A stretch of DNA of 58,954 nucleotides. Source: Deltaproteobacteria bacterium. GTDB taxonomy: Bacteria > Desulfobacterota > WTBG01 > CAIYCZ01 > CAIRTM01. This document shows, piece by piece, positions 9,458 to 18,008 of this stretch (position 1 is its first letter; every line of letters starts with the position of its first letter). Both the position numbers and the translations under genes were made by a program. The stretch covers positions 1 through 58,954 of the forward strand of contig VGSH01000002.1 in NCBI GenBank assembly GCA_016875025.1, in the 5' to 3' direction. The notes under the pieces were generated by a model. That model was not told the origin of the DNA. It saw only the letters and a program-made list of their open reading frames with translations, and made no database searches.

Positions 9458-10615
9458 ATGCGCGAGCACGCTGCAGACAAAACATCCCGTACCCCCTGCA
9501 ACCGTGTGCAGGTTCTACGGCAGGGCGACACGGCCTGCCTGCGCCTTGCGGGCGACTGGAGCATTCAGCGCGACAGTGCTGATGCTGATGCGGCACTGCA
9601 GGCTCTGCGTGCCGGCAGTGCCCGGGCTGTTGTGTTTGAAGCCTCAGAGCTTACCGGCTGGGACAGCTCCCTGATCACCTTTCTGCTGAAAACGCTTGCC
9701 CAATGCCGCGAACGAGGCCTCAGCGTTGACACGGCTGGGCTGCCGCAGGGCGTGCAGCGCCTGCTCGGCCTTGCCACCGCAATACCTGAGCGCAGCGGCG
9801 CCCGAAAAACCTTGAAGCGCGAGCCTTTCCTGTCTTCTGTCGGCAGCCAGACTCTTGCCCTGCTTGATGCGGGCCGGGACATGCTCACCTTCCTCGGCGA
9901 GGTAACCGTTGCCCTCGGACGGCTTGCAACCGGCCGGGCACGTTTTCCAAAAGCCGAATTTTTTGCCATCCTGAAAACCTGCGGGTCCGAGGCTCTGCCC
10001 ATCGTCTCCCTGATCAGCCTGCTGGTCGGCCTCATACTGGCATTCGTCGGCGCGGTGCAGCTCTCGATGTTCGGCGCCCAGATCTTCGTGGCAAGTCTGG
10101 TGGCCATCGCCATGGTGCGCGTTATGGGTGCGATCATGACCGGCATTATTATGGCCGGGCGCACCGGGGCCGCCTTTGCCGCTGAGATCGGCACAATGCA
10201 GGTAAACGAGGAGATCGACGCCCTGCAGACCATGGGTGTTTCGCCCATGGAATTTCTCGTGCTGCCGCGCATGCTGGCGCTGGTCATTATGATGCCTCTG
10301 CTGTGTGTCTATGCCGACCTGATGGGCATTCTCGGCGGTTTTATCGTGGGGGTGGGCATGCTGGACCTCACGGTCACCGAGTATTATCAGGAGACCGTCA
10401 GGTCCATTTCGCTTACCAATCTCTGGATCGGGCTTTTCCACGGCGCGGTGTTCGGCGTGATCGTCGCGCTTGCCGGCTGCATGCGCGGCATGCAGTGCGG
10501 CCGCAGCGCTTCGGCCGTGGGCACGGCCACGACCTCCGCCGTTGTCACCTCGATTATCAGCATCGTGATTGCCACCGCTATCATAACCATTGTCTGCAAT
10601 GTGCTGGGGATATAG
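9458..10615 (+). CDS. MlaE-family ABC permease with N-terminal STAS-like domain
   Basis: About 100 aa STAS-like N-terminus (LRLAGDWSI ... LTGWDSSLITFLL) fused to an MlaE/Ttg2B-type 5-TM permease. Confidence 0.85.
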   Translation: MREHAADKTSRTPCNRVQVLRQGDTACLRLAGDWSIQRDSADADAALQALRAGSARAVVFEASELTGWDSSLITFLLKTLAQCRERGLSVDTAGLPQGVQRLLGLATAIPERSGARKTLKREPFLSSVGSQTLALLDAGRDMLTFLGEVTVALGRLATGRARFPKAEFFAILKTCGSEALPIVSLISLLVGLILAFVGAVQLSMFGAQIFVASLVAIAMVRVMGAIMTGIIMAGRTGAAFAAEIGTMQVNEEIDALQTMGVSPMEFLVLPRMLALVIMMPLLCVYADLMGILGGFIVGVGMLDLTVTEYYQETVRSISLTNLWIGLFHGAVFGVIVALAGCMRGMQCGRSASAVGTATTSAVVTSIISIVIATAIITIVCNVLGI

Positions 10616-10617
10616 CC

Positions 10618-11373
10618 GTGAGCCATCCTGAGCCCCATATCCGCGTTGAAGACCTGACCATGGCATACGGCAGCTACGTCCTCCAGCGCGATCTGACTTT
10701 CACGGTCAACCGCGCCGATATTTTCATCATCATGGGCGGCAGCGGCTGCGGCAAAAGCACGCTGCTGCGCCATCTCGTGGGGCTCAAGGAGCCGGCGCGC
10801 GGACGTGTTTCCTACGGTCAAACTGACTTCTGGGCCGCCCCGGCACAGGAGCGCGACCGCATTATGCGCCGCATCGGGATTCTGTATCAAAGCGGCGCGC
10901 TGTGGAGTTCGATGACACTTGCCGAAAACATCGCGCTGCCCCTGCGTGAGTATACCCGCCTGGGAGCGGGGGAGATACAGGATATCGTCGAGCTCAAGCT
11001 CGCCCTTGTCGGTCTTGCGGGCTTCGGGGACTATTATCCGTCCGGGATCAGCGGCGGGATGAAAAAACGGGCCGGTCTTGCGCGCGCCATGGCCCTTGAC
11101 CCTGAAATTCTGTTTTTTGATGAACCCTCGGCCGGGCTCGATCCGGTCAGCGCGCGGCAGCTCGACGACCTGATACTGGAACTGCGCGACAGCCTGGGTT
11201 CCACCATCGTGATCGTTACCCATGAGCTTGCAAGCATTTTCGCTATCGGCAGCAATTCCGTGTTTCTCGACCCTGACACAAAAACCATGATCGCCGGCGG
11301 CAATCCCCGGCAGCTGCTGCAGGAAACCCGTGACCCGAAGGTGCGCACATTTCTGACACGCGGGGAACAATAA
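10618..11373 (+). CDS. MlaF-type ABC transporter ATP-binding protein
   Basis: GTG start 2 nt after the permease stop. Walker A GGSGCGKST, signature ISGGMKKR, Walker B ILFFDEPSAGLD. Confidence 0.9.
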   Translation: MSHPEPHIRVEDLTMAYGSYVLQRDLTFTVNRADIFIIMGGSGCGKSTLLRHLVGLKEPARGRVSYGQTDFWAAPAQERDRIMRRIGILYQSGALWSSMTLAENIALPLREYTRLGAGEIQDIVELKLALVGLAGFGDYYPSGISGGMKKRAGLARAMALDPEILFFDEPSAGLDPVSARQLDDLILELRDSLGSTIVIVTHELASIFAIGSNSVFLDPDTKTMIAGGNPRQLLQETRDPKVRTFLTRGEQ

Positions 11374-11416
11374 AGCGGCAGGAATTATTTGAAAGAAAAA
11401 GAGACGCCTGGGTTTT

Positions 11417-11442
11417 GTAGGGGCAGGCCCCTGTGCCTGCCG
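11417..11442. repeat. Family-D short GC hairpin repeat
   Basis: GTAGGGGCAGGCCCCTGTGCCTGCCGG. Its reverse complement recurs at 23942-23967. A related GGGGCAACC...GGTTGCCC hairpin lies at about 14893-14920. Confidence 0.6.
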
Positions 11443-11470
11443 GATGCCGTTCTGACCCGACCTGCGGGCA

Positions 11471-12484
11471 GTGGCAAATGATTTTTTCCAGCAGTTCCAT
11501 AACCAAAGGAGACACGCTGTGAGTAAACAGGTCAGTAAAACAGCCATCGGCGCCTTCGTCATCGGCGCCATCGCGCTTGTCGTCGCCATTGTGGTCATTG
11601 TCGGCTCAGGCAAGTTCTTCACAACGACCGTTCCCTGCATTTTTTATTTTGACGGATCGGTGCAGGGGCTCTCAGTCGGCTCTCCGGTTACCTTCAGGGG
11701 GGTACAGGTCGGCGAGGTCCGGCAAATCAGCCTGAGTTTTGATGCTGGCCGGGTGGAGATGGAGATCCCGGTACGTGCCGTGATTTTTCCGCATACAATA
11801 CATCTTGTGCGTGGTCAGCGGGGTATCAATAACATGAAGAAGGCTATTGAAATGGGTCTTCGGGCACAGCTGCAGACGCAGAGCCTGATAACGGGTCAGC
11901 TGATGATTGCCCTTGATTTTTCTCCGGACAGGCCCGCGCGTTATAAAGGCGACGGAGAGATTCTGGAGATACCCACCGTTCCGACCGTCATTGAGCAGCT
12001 CGCGCAGGTGGTCAAGTCGATCCGCTTCGATGAAATCCTCGAAAAACTCACGCAGGCGGTTGAGGGGATCGAGAAGCTGGTCAACTCTCCTGATCTTGCA
12101 GCAAGCCTACACAGCCTTGATGCGACCCTGAAGGATGTTCAGAGCCTCGTGCGCAATCTCGACAGCAAAATTGACCCGCTTTCCGGATCGGTTATCAGCG
12201 CTGCTGACGAATACGGGCGCCTTGCGAAGAATCTCAACGAGGAACTCGACAACATATCGACTGTCGTTGAGAAAACGCTCGCGTCCGCACAGGTCACAGC
12301 GGAAAAGATGGAAAAAACACTGTCCAACAGCGCAAGCATCACCGCGAACGGCTCCCCGGTCATGCATGAGCTCACGCGTTCCCTGCGGGAGCTCTCGGAT
12401 GCCGCGCGGAGTATGCGTACCCTGGCCGATTATCTCGAGCGTAATCCTGAATCGGTTATTTTTGGAAAAGGAGGTTCCCGATGA
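11471..12484 (+). CDS. MlaD/PqiB-like MCE domain protein
   Basis: N-terminal TM helix, MCE block DGSVQGLSVGSPVTFRGVQVGEV, long helical C-terminus. The start may instead be GTG 11519. Confidence 0.85.
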   Translation: MANDFFQQFHNQRRHAVSKQVSKTAIGAFVIGAIALVVAIVVIVGSGKFFTTTVPCIFYFDGSVQGLSVGSPVTFRGVQVGEVRQISLSFDAGRVEMEIPVRAVIFPHTIHLVRGQRGINNMKKAIEMGLRAQLQTQSLITGQLMIALDFSPDRPARYKGDGEILEIPTVPTVIEQLAQVVKSIRFDEILEKLTQAVEGIEKLVNSPDLAASLHSLDATLKDVQSLVRNLDSKIDPLSGSVISAADEYGRLAKNLNEELDNISTVVEKTLASAQVTAEKMEKTLSNSASITANGSPVMHELTRSLRELSDAARSMRTLADYLERNPESVIFGKGGSR

Positions 12485-13077
12485 TACGACATCTGTTTCT
12501 CGGCATCGCTGTTGTTCTGTGCGCATCCGCCTGCTCTTCTTCTCCGGATTCGCGCTTCTATATGCTGGCGCCCATGCAGGAGGCCGCAGTATCCGCCCCG
12601 GTTGCAGCGGACCAGACACGGGTGAGCCTGTGTGTCGGCCCGGTGCTGGTGCCGGGGTATCTTGACCGCCTGCCGGTGTGCGTGCGCGAAAGCGCGCATG
12701 AGGTGACCTTCGCGGAATTTCACCGCTGGGCCGAGTCGCTTGAAGACGGCATCGGCCGGGTTCTGCTGGGGAACCTCGCGCAGCTGCTGGACACGGCCCG
12801 CATTGACCTGTTTCCATGGAAAAGCCCGGCCCCGGCCGACTATCAGGTGCGGATCATGCTGATCAGATTTGACGGCGCCCCCGGTGAGCAGGCCGTGCTC
12901 AAGGCTCTCTGGTCAATCTCTGCCGCGGGACAGGAAAGGCCCGTATTTGAAACAATCAGCGCGATTGTCGAGCCGGTTGATTCGGGAACATATGAAGCCC
13001 TTGTTGAGGCCCAGAACAGGGCCCTTGAGCGGTTGAGCCGTGAGATTGCCGCTGCAATACAGGCGCAGCAGCCGTAG
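12481..13077 (+). CDS. PqiC-like ABC-transport auxiliary lipoprotein (DUF330-like)
   Basis: Overlaps the preceding stop by 4 nt. Lipobox LCASAC. Size and position typical of PqiC/YmbA. Confidence 0.7.
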   Translation: MIRHLFLGIAVVLCASACSSSPDSRFYMLAPMQEAAVSAPVAADQTRVSLCVGPVLVPGYLDRLPVCVRESAHEVTFAEFHRWAESLEDGIGRVLLGNLAQLLDTARIDLFPWKSPAPADYQVRIMLIRFDGAPGEQAVLKALWSISAAGQERPVFETISAIVEPVDSGTYEALVEAQNRALERLSREIAAAIQAQQP

Positions 13078-13272
13078 GCGGATCAAAATCGCTATCGCGA
13101 TCGTCATCGCGGTCGTCATCGCTGGTTGTAGGTGCAGGCCGGACAAAGTGAAACGTGTCCGGCAGATGTGTAGTATCAAAACACTTGTATATATTCCGCG
13201 TTTGAGGGGTGCAGGTCCAATCTACATGCCAATCAGCAATGTAACGAATCGACAAAGAAAGGAGCGGCGAGC

Positions 13273-14067
13273 ATGAAAACAAACCTGTTCATTCAACTGG
13301 TGACCGTAGCTGTATCAGCGCTGGTGCTGGCAGGGTGCGGGTCCGGCAAGGATCCTGAACATCCCGCCGCTGTTGTGGAGCCGGCGTTTGTGGAAGCCCC
13401 GGCCCTGGTGGCGGAGCACCCTGACGATGCGCAGAAAAGCGCCGCCGGCGCCGGGCAGGGCGCTGCTGCTGGGGAAAAAGCAGCGCCTGAGGCTGATAAC
13501 TCAATTGAGGATGATGTGGCGACCGCACATGAAATCGCCGATATCGTGATAACCGAACGCACTGATATTGATGCGATTGTTGCGAGGGATCCCGGGAAAT
13601 CCCTGACTGTTACGGGAACCGCCCAGGCCAGAGCGGTTATCGAGTCAATCAACATGGATACCCGTACCGTGATCGCGAAGACCGAAACAGGAGAGCTGAA
13701 GACGTTCGTGGCAGGCCCGGCTGTTCAACATCTGGATAAGCTTGCGGTCGGCAATCAAGTAACCGTGACCGTTGTGGAGGCCTGTGCGCTGTACCTGGGA
13801 ACGCAGGCGGAAGCAACCTCGGGAACTGCCGATGCCGTTCTTCGTCCCGCGGATGATTCCCCCGGAAGCATGGTCGTCAGCGCGGGTCAGGTTACTGCAA
13901 TGGTGCGAGCGCTGGATAAGGATGCGCGCACCTGTGAGCTGGAAATGCCCGGAGGGGAGGTCCAGGCGCTCAGTATCCCCGAAGGTATCGATCTGAGTCA
14001 GGTAAAGATCGGCGACAGCCTTACGGTCGAGACGGTCAAAACCATTGTGATCGAGGTCAAACAGTAA
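13273..14067 (+). CDS. Hypothetical lipoprotein with two internal beta-rich repeats
   Basis: Signal and lipobox LVLAGCGS. Ala/Glu-rich linker. Two similar segments of about 80 aa, each ending ...VG(N/D)..TV..V. Confidence 0.6.
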   Translation: MKTNLFIQLVTVAVSALVLAGCGSGKDPEHPAAVVEPAFVEAPALVAEHPDDAQKSAAGAGQGAAAGEKAAPEADNSIEDDVATAHEIADIVITERTDIDAIVARDPGKSLTVTGTAQARAVIESINMDTRTVIAKTETGELKTFVAGPAVQHLDKLAVGNQVTVTVVEACALYLGTQAEATSGTADAVLRPADDSPGSMVVSAGQVTAMVRALDKDARTCELEMPGGEVQALSIPEGIDLSQVKIGDSLTVETVKTIVIEVKQ

Positions 14068-14226
14068 TCTGTCAGGCGGCCGCGTATTCCGGATGCAGAC
14101 CGTCTGAGTGCCGCGGTGGTTGCAGATATGCGTTTTGTTGCGGCCAGTGTGTGCGGTGCGCACCATACAGGCTGCCGGACATTCCGCCCGGCGGAAGAGT
14201 CCGGCCTGTCATGTCTGAATAGTCCT

Positions 14227-14405
14227 GTCATTTCGACCGCAGTGAGGAATCCGGGTTTTACATAAGATTTCTCAGTCGCTTTTCCACCCTCCGTAGCAGG
14301 CTACTGCGGAGGACGGGTCCACCCTCCGTAGCACGGCTACTGCGGAGGACGGGTCCACCCTCCGTAGCAGGCTACTGCGGAGGACGGGCGCTCCTTCGAA
14401 ATGAC
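14227..14405. repeat. Family-A MITE-like element, expanded 179-bp copy with 3 tandem hairpin modules
   Basis: Same termini as 362-434: GTCATTTCGA at 14227-14236 and TCGAAATGAC at 14396-14405. Three tandem units CCACCCTCCGTAGCA(C)GGCTACTGCGGAGGACGGG at 14284-14318, 14319-14354 and 14355-14389. Confidence 0.8.
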
Positions 14406-14703
14406 GATAGGGGCTGCGGCATTCGGGAAAATAGTCTCTCGAGAGCCCGACGGATTTGATCTTATCATTACCGATCAGACCATGCCGCACATGACCGGTG
14501 ACCGGCTCGCGCGCAGCATTCTCGAGATCAGACCCGGCATGCCCATTATTGTATGTACGGGCTTCAGCGAGAATCTGGATGAGTCCTCCGCCAAAGCTCT
14601 GGGTATACAGGGTTTTGTCATGAAACCCGCCGGTGCCCTGGAAATGGCAGAGGCCATTCGTGCGGTGCTTGACGCGCGCGCTCCGGAGCGCCCGGATTTT
14701 TAA
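14401..14703 (+). pseudogene. N-terminally truncated response-regulator receiver domain
   Basis: FDLIITDQTMPHMTG ... PIIVCTGFS ... GFVMKP covers beta3 to alpha5 of a REC domain. Beta1-alpha1-beta2 with the acidic pocket is missing. The only ATG lies inside the right terminus of the repeat element. Closest paralog in the window is the C-terminal REC of the hybrid kinase at 35220-37130. Confidence 0.6.
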
Positions 14704-14750
14704 TGTGATTTATTGCATGCGGCCGTGACGGAGCATGGCCCTCCTCCCAC

Positions 14751-14822
14751 AATCGCTGTCGGTATCGCAATCGAAGATTTTAAAAATCCGAACCCGATCC
14801 ATCCCCAATCCCGATTTCGAGA
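14751..14822. repeat. Family-B (CGAT/CCCGAT-rich) palindromic repeat
   Basis: AATCGCTGTCGGTATCGCAATCGAAGATTTTAAAAATCCGAACCCGATCC...CCCGATTTCGAG. Shares the core TCGAAGRTTTTAAAAATCMGAACCCGA with 26795-26885. Confidence 0.7.
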
Positions 14823-15115
14823 AAAAGCCGGACACATTCCGCTTGCGCGGGATGACCGTCCGGCCTGCACGAGTAGTTCGGACTGCAGGGGCAACCCCCG
14901 GTGGTTGCCCTGGGGTTCAAGGTGCAAGGCAGGGTTCACCGACTGGTCGATCAAAAAGCCGGCGATATCCTGTACAGGCATCGGCACCTCGTTATGCCGG
15001 TGTGCGGCCAAAAAAGGGCATGCATGCAGCGGTATCTGTGGTATTATTTTTCGGCGATGTCCGGCAGACACTGCCGCGGCCGCATGTCGTGGTTGTATAG
15101 TGGATATGGTGAGAG

Positions 15116-17770
15116 ATGCAGCGAAACATTCAACATCGCATAATCAGACCTCTGTGGCGCTTCGCGCGCGCGACGAACTTTGCAGCCGTGTTCGGCCACG
15201 CACGGGCTCCGGTAGCGCTTCCAGCGGGGTTTGACTGGAAATTCTACCTTGATTTTTACCCCGACCTGCGCAAAGCGGGCCTGCGGACTGAGCAGGATGC
15301 GGCTGAGCATTACAGGTGGCACGGATTTTTTGAAAAACGTTTCACCTGTGCGCCTGATCATTACCTGATGGTCCGTCATGATGCTATCCGGCGCCGCCAG
15401 CTTCAGAATATTGCAGCTTTTAATGAACAGCACGTTCAAATTATTAAAAATGAGGCTGCTGCCGTTCAAATAGCCGTATCAGTGGTGATCAGCCTCTATA
15501 ATTACGGGCAGTATATTGAAGCCTGTCTGCGCTCTGTTCTGCAAAGCAGCCTGAAGGATATTGAGATCATTATTGTTAATGACGCTTCAACCGACAATTC
15601 GCTTTCGCTCTGCCGCAGACTTCTGGACTGCCCTGTACCAGTAACCATTCTCGACAAGAGCATCAATACCGGGGTGTCGCACTGCCGGAATATGGCAATC
15701 CGTCAGGCCACAGGCGATTATGTTTTTATTCTGGATGCTGACAATGAGATATATTCCGACTGTTTTGCGGAGCATCTGGCCTGCATGCGCGCTGATGCTC
15801 AGCTCGTAGCCTGCTACGGCGTGATAGATCTTTTTGATGAGTCCGGGCGTTTCTGCGGCCAGGTTTCCGATGCTCCATTTGATGTCGGTAAACTGCTGCA
15901 GGGCAATTATATCGATGCCATGGCCATGTTCGAGCGCCGGGCACTGATCGACATCGGCATGTACGATGAAAAACTGCTTGAGCAGGGCATCGGCTATGAA
16001 GATTACGAACTCTGGCTCAGGATAGGGCGGCAGGGGAAAAAAGTCGGCTGCATCGAGCGCCCGCTGAGCAGGTATCTTCAAAAAAATGAATCGATGGTAG
16101 CCGTGTCCAACCGCTTTTATCGCAGACCTCTGGTGGCATGGATACGGCAGAAATATTCGCCGCATAGTGTGACGGGCCGCAGGACTGCCGTGCTGGTCGT
16201 CGGGATGCACCGCAGCGGCACGTCGGCCCTGGCAGGGGTGCTCAGCCTTATGGGTGCGTATCCGGGCTTGGACCTGATCGGCCCGGAACGCTCAAATGTA
16301 AAGGGACATTTCGAATCCAGAAAAATTGTCGCGCTCAACGACGCATTGCTTGATGTCCTGGGCGCACGTGCACCTGAATCCGGCGATTTGCCCGCGGACT
16401 GGCTGGGGTGCGAAGAAACGCGCCGGGCCGCGGAGAGTTTAAAAAAAATTATTTCTGATGAGTACAGCGGACGGGAAATTTTTATGATCAAGGACCCGCG
16501 GCTATGCCTGCTGCTGCCCCTGTATCACGACATTCTGAACGAGCTGGAAATCGATGTCAGGGTTGTCGCGATACGGCGGGACGTGCGCGAGGTTGTCGAG
16601 TCCCTGTATGAACGCGATCGGTTGCCGCATGAACGCGGCCGTGCATATTATGAAAAACACATCAGAGCGCTTGACCATAATCTGGCAGGGCTGCAATTCA
16701 TTTCGGTCACCTTTGACCAGCTGATCGAAACTCCCGGTGCGGTTATGGAAACAATCCGGGCGTTCATTCCGTGTCTCTCGGCAGGTGACATCCCGGGCCT
16801 TGATTGCCAGATCGGGCAGTTTATCGAACCGGGTCTTCGCCACCACAGCATCCGCACGGCACAGAGCCCTGCATCAGTTTTTACCATTGTTGCGCGTACA
16901 TGGGATCACCTGTGCGGCAGCGCAGGGGGGCCGGATTTCCTGATTATCGGCGCTCAGCGCGCAGGAACAACCTCGCTGTACCATTACCTGTGCGCGCACC
17001 CGCAGATACATGCGCCTGCCCGCAAGGAACTGCACTGGTTTCATGCCGGTCCGCAGGACGAGGACGGCTATCACAACGGTCACAGGTCCCGGCAGTGGTA
17101 TGAACGCCAGCTTGCCGGTAACGGCAGAATCGCTTTTGACCGTCTGCTGCATCGCAGAAAGCTGACGTTTGAAGCAACCCCGGAGTATCTGTATCATCCG
17201 CTGGTGCCGCAGAAAGTGTTCCAGCTCTATCCGGCTGTCAAAATCATCGTTGTGCTGCGTGATCCGCTTGAGCGGGCCGTTTCCCAGTATTTTCATGAGA
17301 AAAACGCGGGTTTCATAGCGCCGGATCTTTCAATTGAGAAGTATTTCGACCGCGATCGAGAGATTGCTTCTGTGGAGGAGCAGAAGCTGTTGCATGACGA
17401 CGGCTATTTCAGCTTCGAGTTTGAGCACTGCTGTCCGATTGCCAGAAGTAATTACGGCCGTCAGCTCGCCCGATGGCTGCGCTGCTTTTCACGTGACCGG
17501 ATGCTTATTGTGCGAAGCGAGGATCTGTTTCATGATCCGGTTCCGGTTGTGGATGCCGTGTGCGGTTTTCTGGGGATAGCACGCTGTGCCGGCATTCTTC
17601 AAAAAAAGAATGTGGATTGTAACAGCAGCAACCGGCCACGGCTCAGCGACGGGCAGCGTGCACGGCTTCTATCATTTTTCCCCTATGATCTGAGCGTTGA
17701 TAAATTCTGCAGCCCAACGAGTGGTGCACTACAGTCTGTGCCGTCCGGCGAACCCGGCGGTTGCTCTTGA
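15116..17770 (+). CDS. Triple-domain protein: family-2 glycosyltransferase + two sulfotransferase domains
   Basis: GT2: VSVVISLYNYGQYIEACLRSVL...IIIVNDASTDNS...ILDADNE. Sulfotransferase A: VLVVGMHRSGTSAL. Sulfotransferase B: FLIIGAQRAGTTSLYHYL plus VVLRDPLERAVSQY (5'-PSB and 3'-PB PAPS-binding motifs). Confidence 0.85.
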   Translation: MQRNIQHRIIRPLWRFARATNFAAVFGHARAPVALPAGFDWKFYLDFYPDLRKAGLRTEQDAAEHYRWHGFFEKRFTCAPDHYLMVRHDAIRRRQLQNIAAFNEQHVQIIKNEAAAVQIAVSVVISLYNYGQYIEACLRSVLQSSLKDIEIIIVNDASTDNSLSLCRRLLDCPVPVTILDKSINTGVSHCRNMAIRQATGDYVFILDADNEIYSDCFAEHLACMRADAQLVACYGVIDLFDESGRFCGQVSDAPFDVGKLLQGNYIDAMAMFERRALIDIGMYDEKLLEQGIGYEDYELWLRIGRQGKKVGCIERPLSRYLQKNESMVAVSNRFYRRPLVAWIRQKYSPHSVTGRRTAVLVVGMHRSGTSALAGVLSLMGAYPGLDLIGPERSNVKGHFESRKIVALNDALLDVLGARAPESGDLPADWLGCEETRRAAESLKKIISDEYSGREIFMIKDPRLCLLLPLYHDILNELEIDVRVVAIRRDVREVVESLYERDRLPHERGRAYYEKHIRALDHNLAGLQFISVTFDQLIETPGAVMETIRAFIPCLSAGDIPGLDCQIGQFIEPGLRHHSIRTAQSPASVFTIVARTWDHLCGSAGGPDFLIIGAQRAGTTSLYHYLCAHPQIHAPARKELHWFHAGPQDEDGYHNGHRSRQWYERQLAGNGRIAFDRLLHRRKLTFEATPEYLYHPLVPQKVFQLYPAVKIIVVLRDPLERAVSQYFHEKNAGFIAPDLSIEKYFDRDREIASVEEQKLLHDDGYFSFEFEHCCPIARSNYGRQLARWLRCFSRDRMLIVRSEDLFHDPVPVVDAVCGFLGIARCAGILQKKNVDCNSSNRPRLSDGQRARLLSFFPYDLSVDKFCSPTSGALQSVPSGEPGGCS

Positions 17771-18008
17771 CACGGCCGTACTGTGTAACTATACTGTCGT
17801 CACCGCAGCCGACATACGGGCATGGCAGATGGCGCGGGTGCGCTCAGTATCGTTGAGCGATTCCTTCTTGAACATCAGTTTTGATAGTGAAGCTGTCGCA
17901 GGCGACGGTTAATCCGCGCAGGGATGCATACTGCGTTATATCAGCACAGGGGAGGTCGGTATGAATACGTTCAAGCAGTATGTGTTCAAAAATTTCGAGT
18001 AGATAACG

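Noticed and set aside
9565-11640. Long minus-strand ORFs (9565-10287, 9644-10666, 10387-11640) and the long N-terminal extension of the mlaF ORF from 10303
   Set aside because: These are antisense or alternative-frame shadows typical of high-GC DNA. Their products are Arg/Ala/Gly/His-rich with no motifs, whereas the plus-strand MlaE/MlaF/MlaD frames carry complete family signatures.
14068-14226. Missing N-terminal part of the truncated REC domain encoded upstream of the repeat element in the same frame
   Set aside because: The in-frame translation (…IPDADRLSAAVVADMRFVAASVCG…) is too long and lacks the DD pocket and beta1/beta2 pattern. It cannot be supported by eye.
14284-14389. Possible CRISPR array (three near-identical 35-36 bp palindromic units)
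   Set aside because: The units are directly tandem with no spacers. They lie inside a TIR-bounded element that recurs with 0 or 1 unit elsewhere, and no cas genes are present.
18000-18002. Pyrrolysine-encoding TAG
   Set aside because: TAG is the evident stop of many well-supported genes here (corrected hrpB frame, DUF456, traB-like, mlaE, pqiC-like, FDBR-like 31106, GT-C). No pyl genes are in the window, so a nonsense mutation or leader ORF is more parsimonious.
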